Below are positions 35,686 through 49,441 of a DNA stretch of 64,000 nt, in pieces (position 1 is the first letter of the stretch; each line of letters begins with the position of its first letter). Below the pieces are notes generated by a model. That model saw only the letters and a list, made by a program, of their open reading frames with translations. It did no database searches and was not told the DNA's origin. This DNA comes from Vitrella brassicaformis CCMP3155. Its lineage: Eukaryota; Protista; Chromerida. Location of the stretch: contig CDMY01000280.1 of NCBI GenBank assembly GCA_001179505.1, positions 72,682 through 136,681 on the forward strand. The letters are read 5' to 3'. A program made the position numbers and the translations under genes.

Positions 35686-38600
35686 TGCATCCGTGTCTCG
35701 CTTTCTCTTGTTTGGTGCAGGTTGCCTGCTACGTATGGCCTTATGGTTGGTTTGTCGTCCGTCGCGGTTGTGTCGATCCTCATGGCCTTCGACTCGCCCC
35801 CCAGCATCGTGCAACTGGTCTTCACCATGGCCTTCCAGCTGCTGGCTGTGGTCCGAACGCACAGAAAGTCAGACAATACAAGATAAAGGGACGCAATTTC
35901 CTTGTCTGTGTGGCTGGCGGGCTGGCTGTGTAGGTGGGTATGGGTGTTGCTGGAGCAAGGAAGACCGACAAGTGAGTCAATGAGTGCCGAGCACGCACAG
36001 CGGGCATGCACTGCATTTGTTGACTACTGTTGCTTGCAGGACTCTTCAGGAGCTGTAAGCGCGTCTTTTGATATATCCATCGTCCACTTTTCCACACCTA
36101 CACACACACATACAGTCCCCTCCCTGTTCTCTCTGTTCGCTGGTCAGGTATGACGTGTTTTGCAAGATCCGCCTGCATGCATGCGACAGCAAAGACAACC
36201 TGGCGACCCGCATCTTCATCGGAGAGCAGTGGACGCCCGGCAAGACATTCAGGCAAGCATACCATGGGTGGATGCTTGGATGGATGGATGGCTGGATGGA
36301 TGGCTGTATGCCTTCCTTCATTCAATCTGTCAGAGGAGTGATCCATCCGGTGTATTTGCGGTTCAAGAAGGAGGACGCCGCGCAGTACTACGAGACCATG
36401 CGGATGCTGTCGGCCATGGGCTATTACAAATCCTCACTCAGGTATCTCGTCGCAAGCGTCACATTGTGGACATTGAGTCAGCTGGCGACTGCCTGGATTC
36501 TCTATGGCGAATGGAATCTCGCCATGGACCCTCTGACTCGGGACTCTGCTCTGGTAAGCGAGTGAAGTTCACTCAGTGAACATTCTTACGGAGACACAGT
36601 CTCAGTCTCTCTCTCTCTCTCTGTCTCTTTGTCTCTCTGTGTGCCTCTGCGTTTGCTAGGACATGATTATTTTTGTGTTGTTTTGCTGGGTGACGGGCGT
36701 TCTGAGCTATACATTCATATCGGCGAGGAACATCGAGCGGCTCGGTCTGCTGGTGGCCCTGCAGCGGCTGGCGTCCTCTTTCTGGCGGACGTATCGGTTT
36801 GCTTCGCACGCCAACCCATCGCTGTGCTTCGAGATGACGGTGTTGAATGTGATTGGGATCCACACTCTGCTGAAGGTGAGGTTCGACTACGTCATCGCCA
36901 TCGACTTGGCTGTGCTGATCGGATCGAACGTGATGCTCTGGGCGGGGGGCAGCTTCAAGTGAGTGGCAGGGCAGGGCAGGGCAGGGCAGAGCAGAGAACC
37001 ACATGCGCGCGCACAGACACAAAATACAATCTCTCGTCGTGACGTCGGCGTGTAGGCATGTTGTGGAGATGAATTACACATCAGGGCTGTGCGTGCTGCT
37101 GTGTATGTACAATGCACACCAGGTGACTGACTGACAATACGGAACATGGATCATGGGAAACAACGCAACGCGTTGCCTTTGTGTGCGCAGTGCGAGTACA
37201 ACAAGCGGCTATTTTTCACCGTCGTCAGCTTCCCTGGCCTCACCCGGGCCCACATGATGGTCAGCCAAAATCCGGATCAGCGCGGATGAGCGCACCCATT
37301 TCATACTGTTTGTTGCTGTGCTGTCCACAGGCCAAGACTCGCAGCCGCGGCAGTTCTTCTCCTGGAGTGCCCGTCATCTGCAGACCACGCCGACGGAGAA
37401 CTGGGGCGGCAACGAGGAGCTGCACCATCCGCTCTTTACCATGAACAACATGCCGCACACCAAGCAACTGCTCCAGGACGGCAGCTCACGCAAGACAGTG
37501 GCACTCATCCGCATGGCCACCAGAAGAGTCGCCAGCGTCGCCAAATCATACGCGCGAGCAAGTACATATGCCAAGTGAATAACGATTACCCGCCTCCCTG
37601 TCTCCACGTGGATGTATGCGTACGTTTCTGCGTGTGCAGACTCCCTTCTCTCGTTCACCAGCGGTCTCGAGTCAGAGACGCGGTCTGAAACAGAGAAGGA
37701 CAACATCAAGACGGCCATCGCGAGGGACGGAGGGGATGCTAGCGGCCGTGGGAAATTGCGCAAGCTGAGGTCGGCACCGCTGGAGGGCGTAGGCGCACTT
37801 CACCAGTGTTCGGCCGGCACAGATGCCGCCGAGAATGCTGGTGTGGACGAGGGTGCTAAGGGAGATGAGCGCGACTGCGCGTCGGACACGGAAGTGGTCG
37901 TATTCAGCAGATGGTCAGTCAGGCAGCAAATACAACACAAAGACGAATACATCATGAGCGGCTGATTGGACCATCAATCAGGCGGTCTCGTCTGCTGTCT
38001 TTGGGCGTCTTACCGAGTATGGTGGAGGACCTCTTGTCGCCTCTGGAAAACGTGCTCAACACCTACTTTCAGCAGTACCTACAGGATAGCCCCTGGCTGC
38101 CGCGCGAAAGGCGACGGATGTCCGACACGACAACGGCTTTCCCCCCACCGTCGCCCGCAAGGGAGAGCAGCGAGGCCACCTCATGCAGCCCGCAGTGGAG
38201 AGCCGACCCGGTGTATGGCCGGGCAGCTCCCATCAGCCCCGGTAGATGCGCTGCAGAAATGGCCCTCATTTCTTCACAATAATTAGATCATCTCTCTGTT
38301 GTGCAGGGTGCATGAGCATCGACGCGATGGAGACGGGGTCCATTCTGTCGGTGAGTGAGAAATTAACATGAAAAACTTTGATTCCAGGGCGTGGATGGGA
38401 TATGGCACGTCACGCGTTCCCGTCAGGCGAATCCTCGCACAAGTCTGGAGTCGATATCAAACCAGGTGAGTCATCAACACAACAAGATCCCAATTTCCTC
38501 CTATACCGCATTTTGTCCCGTCTGTGTAAAGACTGCGATGATCCGCAACTTCCTCAGCTCCATCATCGGCGGCACACCGTCTTTCAGACCAGCGTAAGCC

Positions 38601-39384
38601 CAGCACAATTACATACCAAAGAGGAGAGACAAATGCTTCTGGCCTGTGTCTGTCTTCTTCCCCTGTTCAGACGTGTCAATTCTTTGAAGAGACCGTCACT
38701 TGTTCAGACAGGCATAAGTGCCCAGGCGCATGGCAGGGAACCCGTCGCGAAGAGGCCGCCAGAAAGCCCACCAAACAACTCACCGTGAGGACTGCACAGA
38801 CAGAGATACTTAGATGAAGCCTCACAGTGGCATGCTGGTACGATAGGGTCTCTGCAACGAGCTCACAAATGCGGCAGACCGTCAAGCTCCGGCGCAACTC
38901 ATCAATGGACGTGCGAGGCATCGGAGGGGCGCACTGCAACGCCCTCAACCCCATGAGCCCCCGATCCGCCCACCGACACTCTTCCCGACGGATGCCTGAC
39001 AGGCTCCTTACGTTGCCTTCTCTCAAGACCATCGACGAGAGCCCCGTGCTCTTTCTGGCCAGGAGGGCGAAGAAGCGCGAGAGGGACTCTGTGTGCGTTG
39101 ATTCGATCGGGGATGAGAGCACGCAGAACGGGGAAAGGGAGAGAGACATGGTCATCCGACCACCGCCCGAGACATGTGTGCCGCCGTTCTTTCTGCCGAG
39201 CGCCTGCGGGCCGCCTCAGTGTCAGAGACAGAATGAGAATGGGAATGGGGATTTGCAGGGGGTGGGGGAGGGCGGGGATGATGTGCTGCATGAGCAGCTG
39301 TTTTGTGGCGACCACATGGTGCTTGAGAGTTTCTCTCACTCGGGCAGCTCCCTGACCGCAGACGACAAGAAAGAGAGCGATTGA
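35067..39384 (+). CDS. Large multi-pass membrane protein (two hydrophobic blocks) with low-complexity C-terminus; reminiscent of nucleotide cyclase/PDE membrane anchors
   Basis: ATG at 35067. TM block 1 (LERRFILAYLHRYWIVYILLLWLAG...), a cytosolic segment, LRFKKEDAAQYY, TM block 2 (...HTLLKVRFDYVIAIDLAVLIG), then Ser/Arg-rich exons. No catalytic motifs recognised; the 3' exon assignment is tentative. Confidence 0.55.
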
Positions 39385-40225
39385 CCTTATAGATCTGATC
39401 TGGTGTTGATGCGTTCAGTGGAGAATGAGGTGTGAGGGCTGAGCGCCTTTTTGCAGTCCGTATGGCGGGTTGTAGACATCACATGTATGCCGAGCTCGTA
39501 TCATCTCCCTGTCTGTGTCTGTGTGTGTGTGTCTGTGTCTGTGTGTGTGTTCGTGTGTCTTTTTCGTCTGTCCATCCATCTGTTTGGTAGTCATTAGGGC
39601 GGCTCGCCGCTGGCGGCCGGTAGCTCAGCCACGCGCGGCTTTACATGTTATCCATTCATCTGAGCGCACACGTCAGTGGGTGTCTTTATCTGTCACGGCT
39701 GCTGCTGTGCTGCATGGGTCGGTCGTGGCTGCCTGTCTGTCTGCCCCTGGTGAGTGACAAATAAATAAGCCAAAAACAATCGTGGGATCGATCCGGAAGG
39801 CAATGAAATCATCAACCAGCCGACCAAGAGGCCACCCACACACAACAGCCCACGCACGTACCTTACGCTTAGCCTACACGTACATTCTGTGCAGCAGTAG
39901 ACCACCGCCCCCACCAGTAAGTCAGTCAGCAGAGGCCGCCAGCGACAAAAGATGACACACCGGTCAAATCAGTGGCCATCCATCCATCCATCCCCCCAGG
40001 CAGCCAGCTGACAGGGGACTGACTGGCTTACAGACAGACACAATGACTCCCGCCCTCCACGTCCCCTCCCTGTAATGTTACCGACGACCGTTGACAGCCA
40101 CACTCACTCACTCATGTGAGTGGGAGGCACACAGACAGACAGATTTATACGCACACCACAATTATTATGGGGTTTGTATGTGTGATCGGTGAATGGATGG
40201 ACGGCTATAGGGGTGGGCGAGAGGG

Positions 40226-40574
40226 TCAAAAGGCGTCCGAAATGAGTACACACCTGTCGGTGGGCTTGAGTGGCGTCTTGGAGGCTTTGGGGGGGTTCAG
40301 CTGCAGCGGCTCGCCGTCACGCCACACGCCAATCACACTGTCACCCTCGGCACGCGCAAGCTCGTTCAACTGACACACACACACGCACACACACACACAG
40401 GCAGGCAGAAAGAGACACTGTGGTTGCATGTGTGTGTGTGGGTGAGTGTGAAGGCACATTGGTTACTTGTGCGACTGTGATGGTCTGTTTGGGTGCGACT
40501 TTGTATTTGCTGTTGATGACCGGCACACAGATCTCCTTGCCGGACGGCTGCAGCAACTCCTGCGCAACCGCACA

Positions 40575-40608
<34 letters not shown>

Positions 40609-42974
40609 TGCGCCTCTCCCTCCAATCTCGTGCCCACTCGAACGAACCGTGTAGATGTGTTGCAGCTCCGGCTGCATGAGGATCTGGACGAGGACGCCGC
40701 TCTCGAGCTCTGCCGGCACTATCACATCGACGCCCTGCAGCTTTGCCCTCGTGGCCCTGAGCATCAATGTGGGCGATGACGCCAGCCGGCGGGACTGATA
40801 AGGGAGCCGCCAGGGGCGGGGGGCGGCCTTGGCGGGCAGGTACTGCACGCTCAACGCCTGGCTGAGGTGCGTCACCACTCTGATGGATCAAGGGAGAGAG
40901 GGAGGGATGGCGTGTGCCGGTGTGTGTGTGTGTGTCTTAGTGCCTCGGCATAGGTTTGTTTGTGTCCCTCATGTGTGACTCGAGCAGCAGCCGCATCCCC
41001 AGGATCTCAGCGTCACGCTGCATCAACACATCAACCAATCAGCCACACTCACATCCATCCGCAGAGCGAGAGGATGGCTTTGTGTCCTCATCTCAGCTCA
41101 TCTGACCTCTTGCTGTATGTTGACGTCGCTCGTTGACCTGACAGAGCTGCCGTCGAGGTGCACGAGCAGCGCCACGTCGGCATCCTCAGCCTGCACAGAC
41201 ACAGTGGATGGATGGATGGATGGATGGGCCATCTGATGGCTGGCCACCTTGACGCTTTTGAGTGTCTTGAGGGTGGAAGGGTCCTTGACGACCGTCCTGA
41301 TGCGCAGGTTGCCGAAGCGGCGGCAGGTGGTGGGCCGGGGGAACGCCTTGACGTGCAGCTGACCCACACGCCTGAACACATAACACACACACACACACAC
41401 ACACAGGTGGGTATCTGTGTGTGTGTCGAGAGGTGAATTGGGTTAGGTCAGTTACTGGTTGAGGGGTGCTGGTGTGACCAGAGTGACGTCGAGCGGTTTG
41501 GTGAAAGTCGCCGCCCACTCGTCGAGATGACGCAACAGACTGGCCGTCTGCTCTGAGCTCCCACTGCAGCCAAACCGCCCACAGACACACACCCAACAGC
41601 ACACACACAGTCTCTCTCTCTCTGTGTGTGTGTGTGTGTGGTGTATCTGTCGGCTTACGCGTCCATGGTCAGGTCGGCCTTTGCCGTGTTGAGGATGAGC
41701 ACTTTTCGCGGATATGCCTTCTGCATTTCGGCCTGTGTGGCCCGCCGGCTCCTCCTGACGTCAGACACCTCATGTGTGCCGACGGCCGAGCGGGAGTAAC
41801 GCAAATTGGTCTTCTGCACACACACACCACACACACAGATGGATGGATGGATGGACTCGTCTGTGTGTGTGTGTGTGTACGTCCGTGGCGACAAAGATGA
41901 GCTGGTCGTTGGGGCCGATCATCACACTGTTGGGCGGCGACAGCATCAGCTCGCCGTCCTTGACCAGACCACACAATGACGCCTGCACACACACACACAT
42001 CCAGGCAACACACACCAACAGATATGGCCTCTTGTCAGTCATTCAAGCATCCCGTGTGTGTGTGTGTGTGTGTGGTTTACCCTTGGGAAGTGTTTCCACG
42101 CCTGTCCGAAGGTCTTGCCCTGCACGCCAGCGTACATTCTGGCCGCCTCGATGTAGAACTCACTGCCCTCCTGGTGGAACAACTCGGCGTACACCTGACA
42201 GACAGACAGACAGACAGCAGGTGGACACACACACACACACACACAGATGGATGGATGGATGGATGGATGTGTGTGTGTGTAGGGTCGGTGGCCGACCGTG
42301 CTGAGTCCGGGCTGCACGACACACTGTGCGAGCAGCCGATCCACAAAGCCGTCGGTGTCGACCTCAGCCAGCGATGCGAAACGGCCGGCCGCAGACGCAC
42401 CGGGGTGCTGCTCCACTGCTGCCTCAGGCACAGACACCTGCAGCACACCACAGCACAGCACAGCACACACCACGAGCACATAGATAGATGGACACACACA
42501 ACCAACTCTCTCTCTCTCTCGGTGTGTCTGTCGACTGACCACGACGGTCGGCGGGTGTTTTGCTGCCCTTGACGACGGCAGGTCGTTGCTCTGTCTGTCC
42601 CGTACAGCGGCGAGTACGGCCGTCTGGCGGCGGACGGCAGACGCCCCACCAGTCTGCTCAGCCCCCTTGGCGGCCGCAGTGTCCCTCAGCACCAACACGT
42701 TCTTGGCCGCACCTGCTGCTGCCTTGTCCAAATCCTATCGACCCATTGCACACAACACACACAGACAGACAGACAGACAGAGAGGGATGTGTGTGTGTGG
42801 TGGTGTGTGTGGCTTGGTCACTTACGGTGAGGCTGTTGGGGTCTCCCTCTCGTGTGACGATTCTGAGAGTGCTCTGCCGCTTGACGTCCTCGGCGATCTT
42901 CATGTCCATCGTCGGGCGACTCTGATGGACGCACACACGCACCCACCCACACACACTCACACACGTGCCAATCT

Positions 42975-43005
<31 letters not shown>

Positions 43006-44100
43006 CGTGTCTGTCTGCCAATCGCTGTCCATCACCCACCCCACCCACTTGGTCAGAGAGTACCACAACGGTGCCGGGGTCCCTGCCCTCCTTCTTGGCG
43101 AGGTCCAGCTGCCGCAGCACAGCCGTCGTGCGGTCGTTCCAGTTGAGCACCACAGTGTGGCCGCTCTCGTGAACCGGGAAGTTGCCGTAACGAAACGATG
43201 CTATCGCAGTCGACAGGGCCGTCGACAGCAGCCCCAACAGAGAGGCGAACGTCAGAATACCTGCGGGCAGGCGGGCACCAAGCCAAGCAATCAACCACAC
43301 ACAAAACCGCTCGGTGCGGTGGGTGTCCTTCCTGTGTGTGTGTGTGTGTGTGGTTCCCTACCGGTGATGTACAGTCCGTTGACGACCCCCCGGCCCCACC
43401 CAGTCTCGTTGAACAAGCTGCAGCCGGGCAGCCCATTGAGCCACAGGTAAGACTGGAAGAGCGACTGGCGCCACGACCGGCCCGTTGCTGTGCGGTAGAA
43501 GAACGCCCCGACGCCGATCGCCGTGGCCGCAAACCCCGCCAGAGCCAACATCTGGACGGGCAGGGCGGCCGCCAGCAGCAGCTGGAACCGATACACCACC
43601 GACCGCGACACGAAGGACGGGAAGAACCGCACAATCGCCAGCAGCACGGCCAGAGAGGCCGTGACAATGACCACATTGCGCTGGAGCTTCGGCATGCGGG
43701 CGATGAACTTCGGGACAGAGAGGGAGGGCAGGGGCGGCGGGGAGGGGAGGGGCGGCAGGGGCAGCCTCCGTATCGGCATCATCCGGCCCTTCCGCCTCTT
43801 CTGGCGCTCTCTCTCCTGGTCGGACTGCAGCACACTGACGGGCACGGCCACATCCGGCCAGCTACTCTGGTCGATGTATCTGTGCTGAATCTGCGGCGGG
43901 GCGGCGTGGGAGAACAGCACGCCACACTTCCTTTGCTGACGGTGCTGCTCCAGCAGCTGAGTCGGCCGCCCCATCGACCGCCGCTCCAGCCACGGCAGCA
44001 CAAACCCATCGCAGTGGGCCAACAGGGCGACCAGAGGGAAGGCGACGGACGCCAGGAAGGCCACCGGCCTCCTGCGTCGTGGCAGCACCGCGGTGCGCAT
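40226..44100 (-). CDS. CASTOR/POLLUX/DMI1-like cation channel (RCK domains) with putative bipartite plastid presequence
   Basis: GILTFASLLGLL...FRYGNFPVHESGHTVVLNWNDRTTAVLRQL, TLRIVTREGDPNS, DRLLAQCVVQPGLSTVYAELFHQEGSEFYI, LCGLVKDGELMLSPP...IGPNDQLIFVA and the C-terminal LQLNPPKASKTPLKPTDRCVLISD match Castor/Pollux family motifs. ATG at 44100. Confidence 0.85.
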
Positions 44101-44550
44101 GAGTGAGTGAGTCGGTCAGCCACCGGGGGATTGTCGAAAGGGGGACGCCGGATCTCGCTGCCTTGACATTAGATCTTGACAATGGCCGATGGGCAAACGT
44201 CCACAGCACCCAACACGGAGGCGTCTTCGGCTTCGCAATGCGAGCTTAGATGTGCGAAGCTCGCAAAGTTTGCACAGCTTCATTTTGGCACGAAAGGAGG
44301 TTGGAGAGGAGCGGTGAAGATCACAGCATATCCGCTGACCAAGATCTAGCCCGCACTCGCCCGGTGAGTCGAGTCAGCTCACACGCAGGCCAGTGGAGGA
44401 CAAGAGGTACACCGATGGAGGCAGGCGTGCAGACAGACAGACAGACGAACAGCCTTAGCACAGATGCACCAGAATAGGATGCGCCACTATGGGTATCGTC
44501 TCTTGCATCCTACCTTTTCTTGTGCGTTATCTGATCTGCGGTCAGGCATC

Positions 44551-47500
44551 ATGTCGGTGGCTTCGTCGTTCGACCCCGTGACCAACGACAATGTGGACGG
44601 GTGGGGTCCCTCATACACCGACGACATCTTCGACTCATGCCTCCACGAAACTGAAAAGTTCCCCTTCGAAGTCTCACTCAAAAGTAAGCAAAGCACACAG
44701 GCCGACTAGTTGGCCTGGTGGCGGGATGGATGGCTCACCAGCCACTGTCTGTCTATCTGTCTGTCTGTCTGTTGGGTGTGTGTGATTGGTTCGCTGGTTG
44801 AGCAGTTGACAAGTTGAGTCGCGTGTGTGACTTCACCCAGAGCGGCTACCGATGGCAGCAGGAGAGGGCCAGGCAGCAAGGTACACAGACAGACAGACAT
44901 ACTACGCCTGACACAAAGAGTTGCCAGAATCGCTCGACGCGCGACTGTGTTTGTGTTGTGTGTGGTGCATTGTGGTCAGCGATTCGCTTCGGTCGTGAGG
45001 GCGGAACACCCGAGAAGGAGAACGAAGAAGACGCGTTCCAGCTTGTGGTACGCACCGCACCCTGCCGAACGACTGACTGATGCAGACATACATCGCTCGC
45101 TCACTGATCAGCTCCCTGTGTGTGTCTGTGTGGCTGGTCACGTCACAGGACAGCCGCCCGGCGCCTAAGCCAAAGTATAGGACGTATCAGCAGCGACGGC
45201 CGTGGCAGTACCACGGCGGCAGGGGGGGCCGACAGCAACCGCAGGAGGACGAGCGAAAGTCAGTGAGAATGAGCATGTCGAACGAACGAAGGGGACAATC
45301 GATGCATTGATCGTGTGTGTGTTGTGTGTGGTTATGTTGTCAGTTTGCAGCAGGGTCGTTGGGGTCTGCAGCGTCAGAAGACGCAGCAGCGTCAGCAGCA
45401 GAAACAGCTGCAGAGGCAGCAGCAGCAGAGGCAGCAGAGGAGATGGGACAAGTGAGTCACGACCAACACAACAGACGGAGGGAGGGAGGGAGGGAGGGAC
45501 GATTGGATTGGAGGGGGGAATGCACATGAGTGTCTTGGTGTGTGTCGTCCGTCCATCAGTCGTTCCAGGATGTTCCGCGAGTGGTCGGTGCAGACAAAGC
45601 CCGAATGGCAAGTCGTCCAGGAGGTAATGATCAACACTCACAGACACACAGACAGACAGACAGACAGACAGAACCACCAACACACGTGTGTGCGCATCAG
45701 CATCAATCGTGTTGCATCTCTCTCTCTCTCTCTCTGTCCGTATGAGCAGATCCCCTTGGCGCAGCTGCCCAAGCAGAACCTCGATGCGTCAAAAGTCAAA
45801 GTCACCGACCTGTGAGCAGCAAACCACACACACACACACACACTCAAGCAATGACACCCATTCTTTACTGAGATTTCTATGCCTATTCTCTCTGTCCTTC
45901 AGCAAGTGGTGCGGCGATCTGCGTCACTACGACCGTTCGTACGACCGCATCACGGAGAAGACCAAGAGGAACCTGACGCGCTACACACAGCTGCAGTTCT
46001 ACAACCCCTCCACCACATCGGACATCAACCTCAGGTCACACTCACACACTCGCCTCGCAACAAGATGAGATAGATGGTCATGTGCAGCTGGAGGGCCTGT
46101 GGTGTGTTGTGGTGTGTGCGTGTTGTGTTGTGCAGGGAGTTCTTGGCCGATGACAGTGTGCAAGTGATTGTCACAGGTGCGGCAGACAGCTAGGCAGACA
46201 GACAGACACGCAGGACACGCACAAGCCATCCCACACCTTCAGGTATATGTGGTGGTGTGGTTGTGTGGTTGTGTGGTGCAGATTCCATCCTGTCGATGAT
46301 GATGGCTGCCTCACGGTCCGTCTACTCGTGGGACATCATCGTCATTGTGGTCAGTCAGCGAACCAGTCCTTCACACACACACACACACACGCCCCTCTAC
46401 CCCACTCTCTCTCTGTGTGATTGTGGTGTGCAGGCTGAGGGCAAGATAGTGCTGGACAAGCGCGAGGACGCCCCCGACCTGCTCACAGTCAATGAAAACG
46501 CACAGGAACCACCCGCACAAGACGCCAAGGTGAGTGGAGGCAAGTGGTGGGTGCGGTGCCTCCAGTCGGTGGCAGCTTTTTCCCTTGTTGTTGTGTGTGT
46601 TGCGATTGTCAGCCTGAGTTTAATCAGCCGCAGCGCCTGGCCTTTGAAGCGTCGCTCATCAACCAGAACTTCTCGCAACAGGTCAGTCGATGCGGTCGCA
46701 TCGGCCTGACCATTTGCCTTTAGCTGTCTTGTGTTGTGTTGTGTTGTGTTGTGTGTACTGTGTGTAGGTGCTGGACAAGACGTCGCCCCCGGTCGATCTC
46801 AAGGAGAAGAACCCATTCGCACAAGGCATGCTCCCACACTCGCCCAGTGACCCACCCTCACCCCTCCCTCGATCCCTCTCTGTGTCGGTCTCTCTCAGAC
46901 GACAGCCAGGCAGCGTCGTGTGCGTTCCGGTACCGCAAGTTCACCGTCCCAGGAAACGACAAGGCACCCAATGAAGCGGTCGGTCCCCACTCACACCACA
47001 CACATCACAAAAGCAAGACAGCCGCACTCTCACACTGTGTGTGTGTCCATGTGGGTATTGGTCAGGGCAAGAAGGATCTGACATTGGTTGTGCGTGCGAC
47101 GGTGGACGCCAAGATGCCCACCGAGGCGGGCGATTCCTACTGTGTCATCAAGGCACTCAACGAATACGACCCAAAGGCAAGCCGCCCAGGCAGTGTCAAA
47201 TGACTGACCCCGCAAACGCGTCATGAGTGCCCGTTTGAGCAGGTGGGATTGAGTTGGCGCAAGTCTCTGGACTCACAGCGGGGCGCCGTGCTCGCGGACG
47301 GTAAGAAAAAACCGATCACTCCCACACACACAGAGGGCATCACATGTGTGTGTGTGTGTTGGTTGGTTGGTTGTTCGTCCATCCATGTATCAGAGATCCG
47401 CAACAACGCCAACAAGCTGGGCCGTTGGGTGGCGCAGGCCAACATTGCCGGGGCTGACACTCTCAAGCTCGGATTCGTCACGCGAACCAACCCAAAGTAA

Positions 47501-48087
47501 CAGACGGCTCACACGCACGGACACACGAATGCACCCCTGTGTGTCTTTCTCTCTGTGTCTGTAGGGATCCGACGTCTCACCAGGTGTTGAATTGCCAGAC
47601 GTACCTCACCAACCAGTTCGCATCGCAAATCGGACTCACCGAAAACAACGCGTAGGCCAACAGAATCGCTCTCTCTACATGTGTGTGTGGATGTCTCTCT
47701 CTCTCTCTCTCTCTCAGATGGGGCGTGGTTCGTTCGATCTTGGATTTGTGCGCATCCCAGGAGGACGGCAAGTACCTCCTGCTCAAGGACCCCAACAAGC
47801 CCATCATCAGGCTCTACCAGGTACGCATTCCGGACCCCACACACAGACACGGGGGCCTGGCCTGCACTCACCACATGTGCGTGTGTGTGTGTTTCGATCG
47901 CATGATCCACCAACAGATAGCGTGGGAGGACTTTGCTGCCGACGATGAGGACGAGGAGGACGTCCGCCAGCCAGCGCCACCAGCTGACAAGGACAAGACA
48001 CAGGTCAGTCGGTCACGCGCTCATTGCTCCACCATTCCCCTCTGCCATGCGTCTTGTTTCGGTGTGTATCAGGCTGGTGCCAAGTGA
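44551..48087 (+). CDS. eIF3d: Eukaryotic translation initiation factor 3 subunit D
   Basis: [114 protein letters not shown]...[47 protein letters not shown]...[17 protein letters not shown]. Confidence 0.95.
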
Positions 48088-49441
48088 GCGATGGACTGGT
48101 CGGCCGAGATCACGCGTGCGTGCAGCCAGCCGTGCCAGCCTGCTGTATCGCCGCCACACTGTTCGTGCAGCTAGCTTGTTCAGGTGTGTGTCTCGTGCGA
48201 GCGACTGAGCCCAGATTTTTGAAGGTCTGTGCATTGCATGCGATTCGTGTCAATCGGGTGGAATGCAGTGGTGCGGTCACATATCTGACCGTCGGGTATG
48301 CAGCAATGGCTCGGCTGCACTCCTTTGTGTGTGTGTGTGTGTGTGTGTGTGACGAAGGGCAACGTGAGGTTTCAAGAGTGAACTGCCATCTTTCTGAATC
48401 CCAGACCGAATATGCCCTTTGAGTGCCGAATACAAGCATCACCGTCTCAGTAGCCTAGTCAACTCATGTCACTGCACCCCACTGGACTGCACTCCACTGG
48501 ACTGATGCAGGGAGGAAAGAGATCGTGGAAAGAGATTATGGAGGCAGAGACAGGGTGTTTCAGGGTTGTTCGCCGCCCCGCCTCCCGGCCGTCCGCTGCT
48601 GGCCGCCGCCCGCCTTGCGCTTCTTTCCTTCTTCTGCTGCTGTTGGTTGTTGCTGAGGCTGTGGGGCGGGGGGCTGGGCACCAGCAGCCGCGATGGCTGC
48701 ACTACACGCAGAAGTTGATTGATTCTACGACCTTCCAGGGGCCCACCTATCTACACGTACAGATAGGTTCTTCTGTACAGCCATCCATCTATCTGTACGT
48801 GTCTCACATCTCACATCCGTCTTTCAAGAAACTGAGTTACTCTCCCCGACTGAACCCACCCCCTCCCCCTCCCCGACTCCTATTGGCGACTCGGCGCTTC
48901 TTGCGCACCTCCCCGCCCTGCTGTGCCCCTCCGGCCGTCCAGGGCTGCTGCACGCCACGTCCTGCTGTTGTATGCTGTTGCTGGTTGTTCTTCTGCTGGC
49001 TGTTCTACTGTTGGTTGTTGCGCTGTGGAGGTCGTAAGAAAGGCAGACATTGGGCAGACAGAGACACGATGTACATCGAGTGATCGAGTTCGGTGACATC
49101 GTGCAGCATCAAAGTAGCCCGGGGCCCGCTGCTGGTAATTTGCACACACACACACACCCCACTGTGGAAGGCGACTGGCATACGTGCGCCTTTCTACCGG
49201 AAACACAAATGACCCAGCGATCACCCTACCAGCGATGGGAGCGCTGCCAGCGAGGGGAGGCAATACTTGGACAGTGGCTGGACATATGGACATGAGAGTG
49301 TGGTCATTTGAAAGCCCTTGCTCTTGCGGTCATTTTGGCCCATTTCCTCTCCCTTCCCCGCAGATCCGCGAGCTCAGCCTTTTTGAGGACCGTGGCAGCA
49401 CGGCGCAAACCAATAGGCAAAAACCACTGTAGAAGAGGAGA

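Noticed and set aside
40-48500. Numerous ORFs rich in CVCV, THTH, SLSL, RERE, DGWM
   Set aside because: Translations of intronic microsatellites, not proteins.
48466-49300. Possible small gene upstream of the large array
   Set aside because: Overlapping low-complexity ORFs on both strands with no recognisable motif or consistent exon chain.
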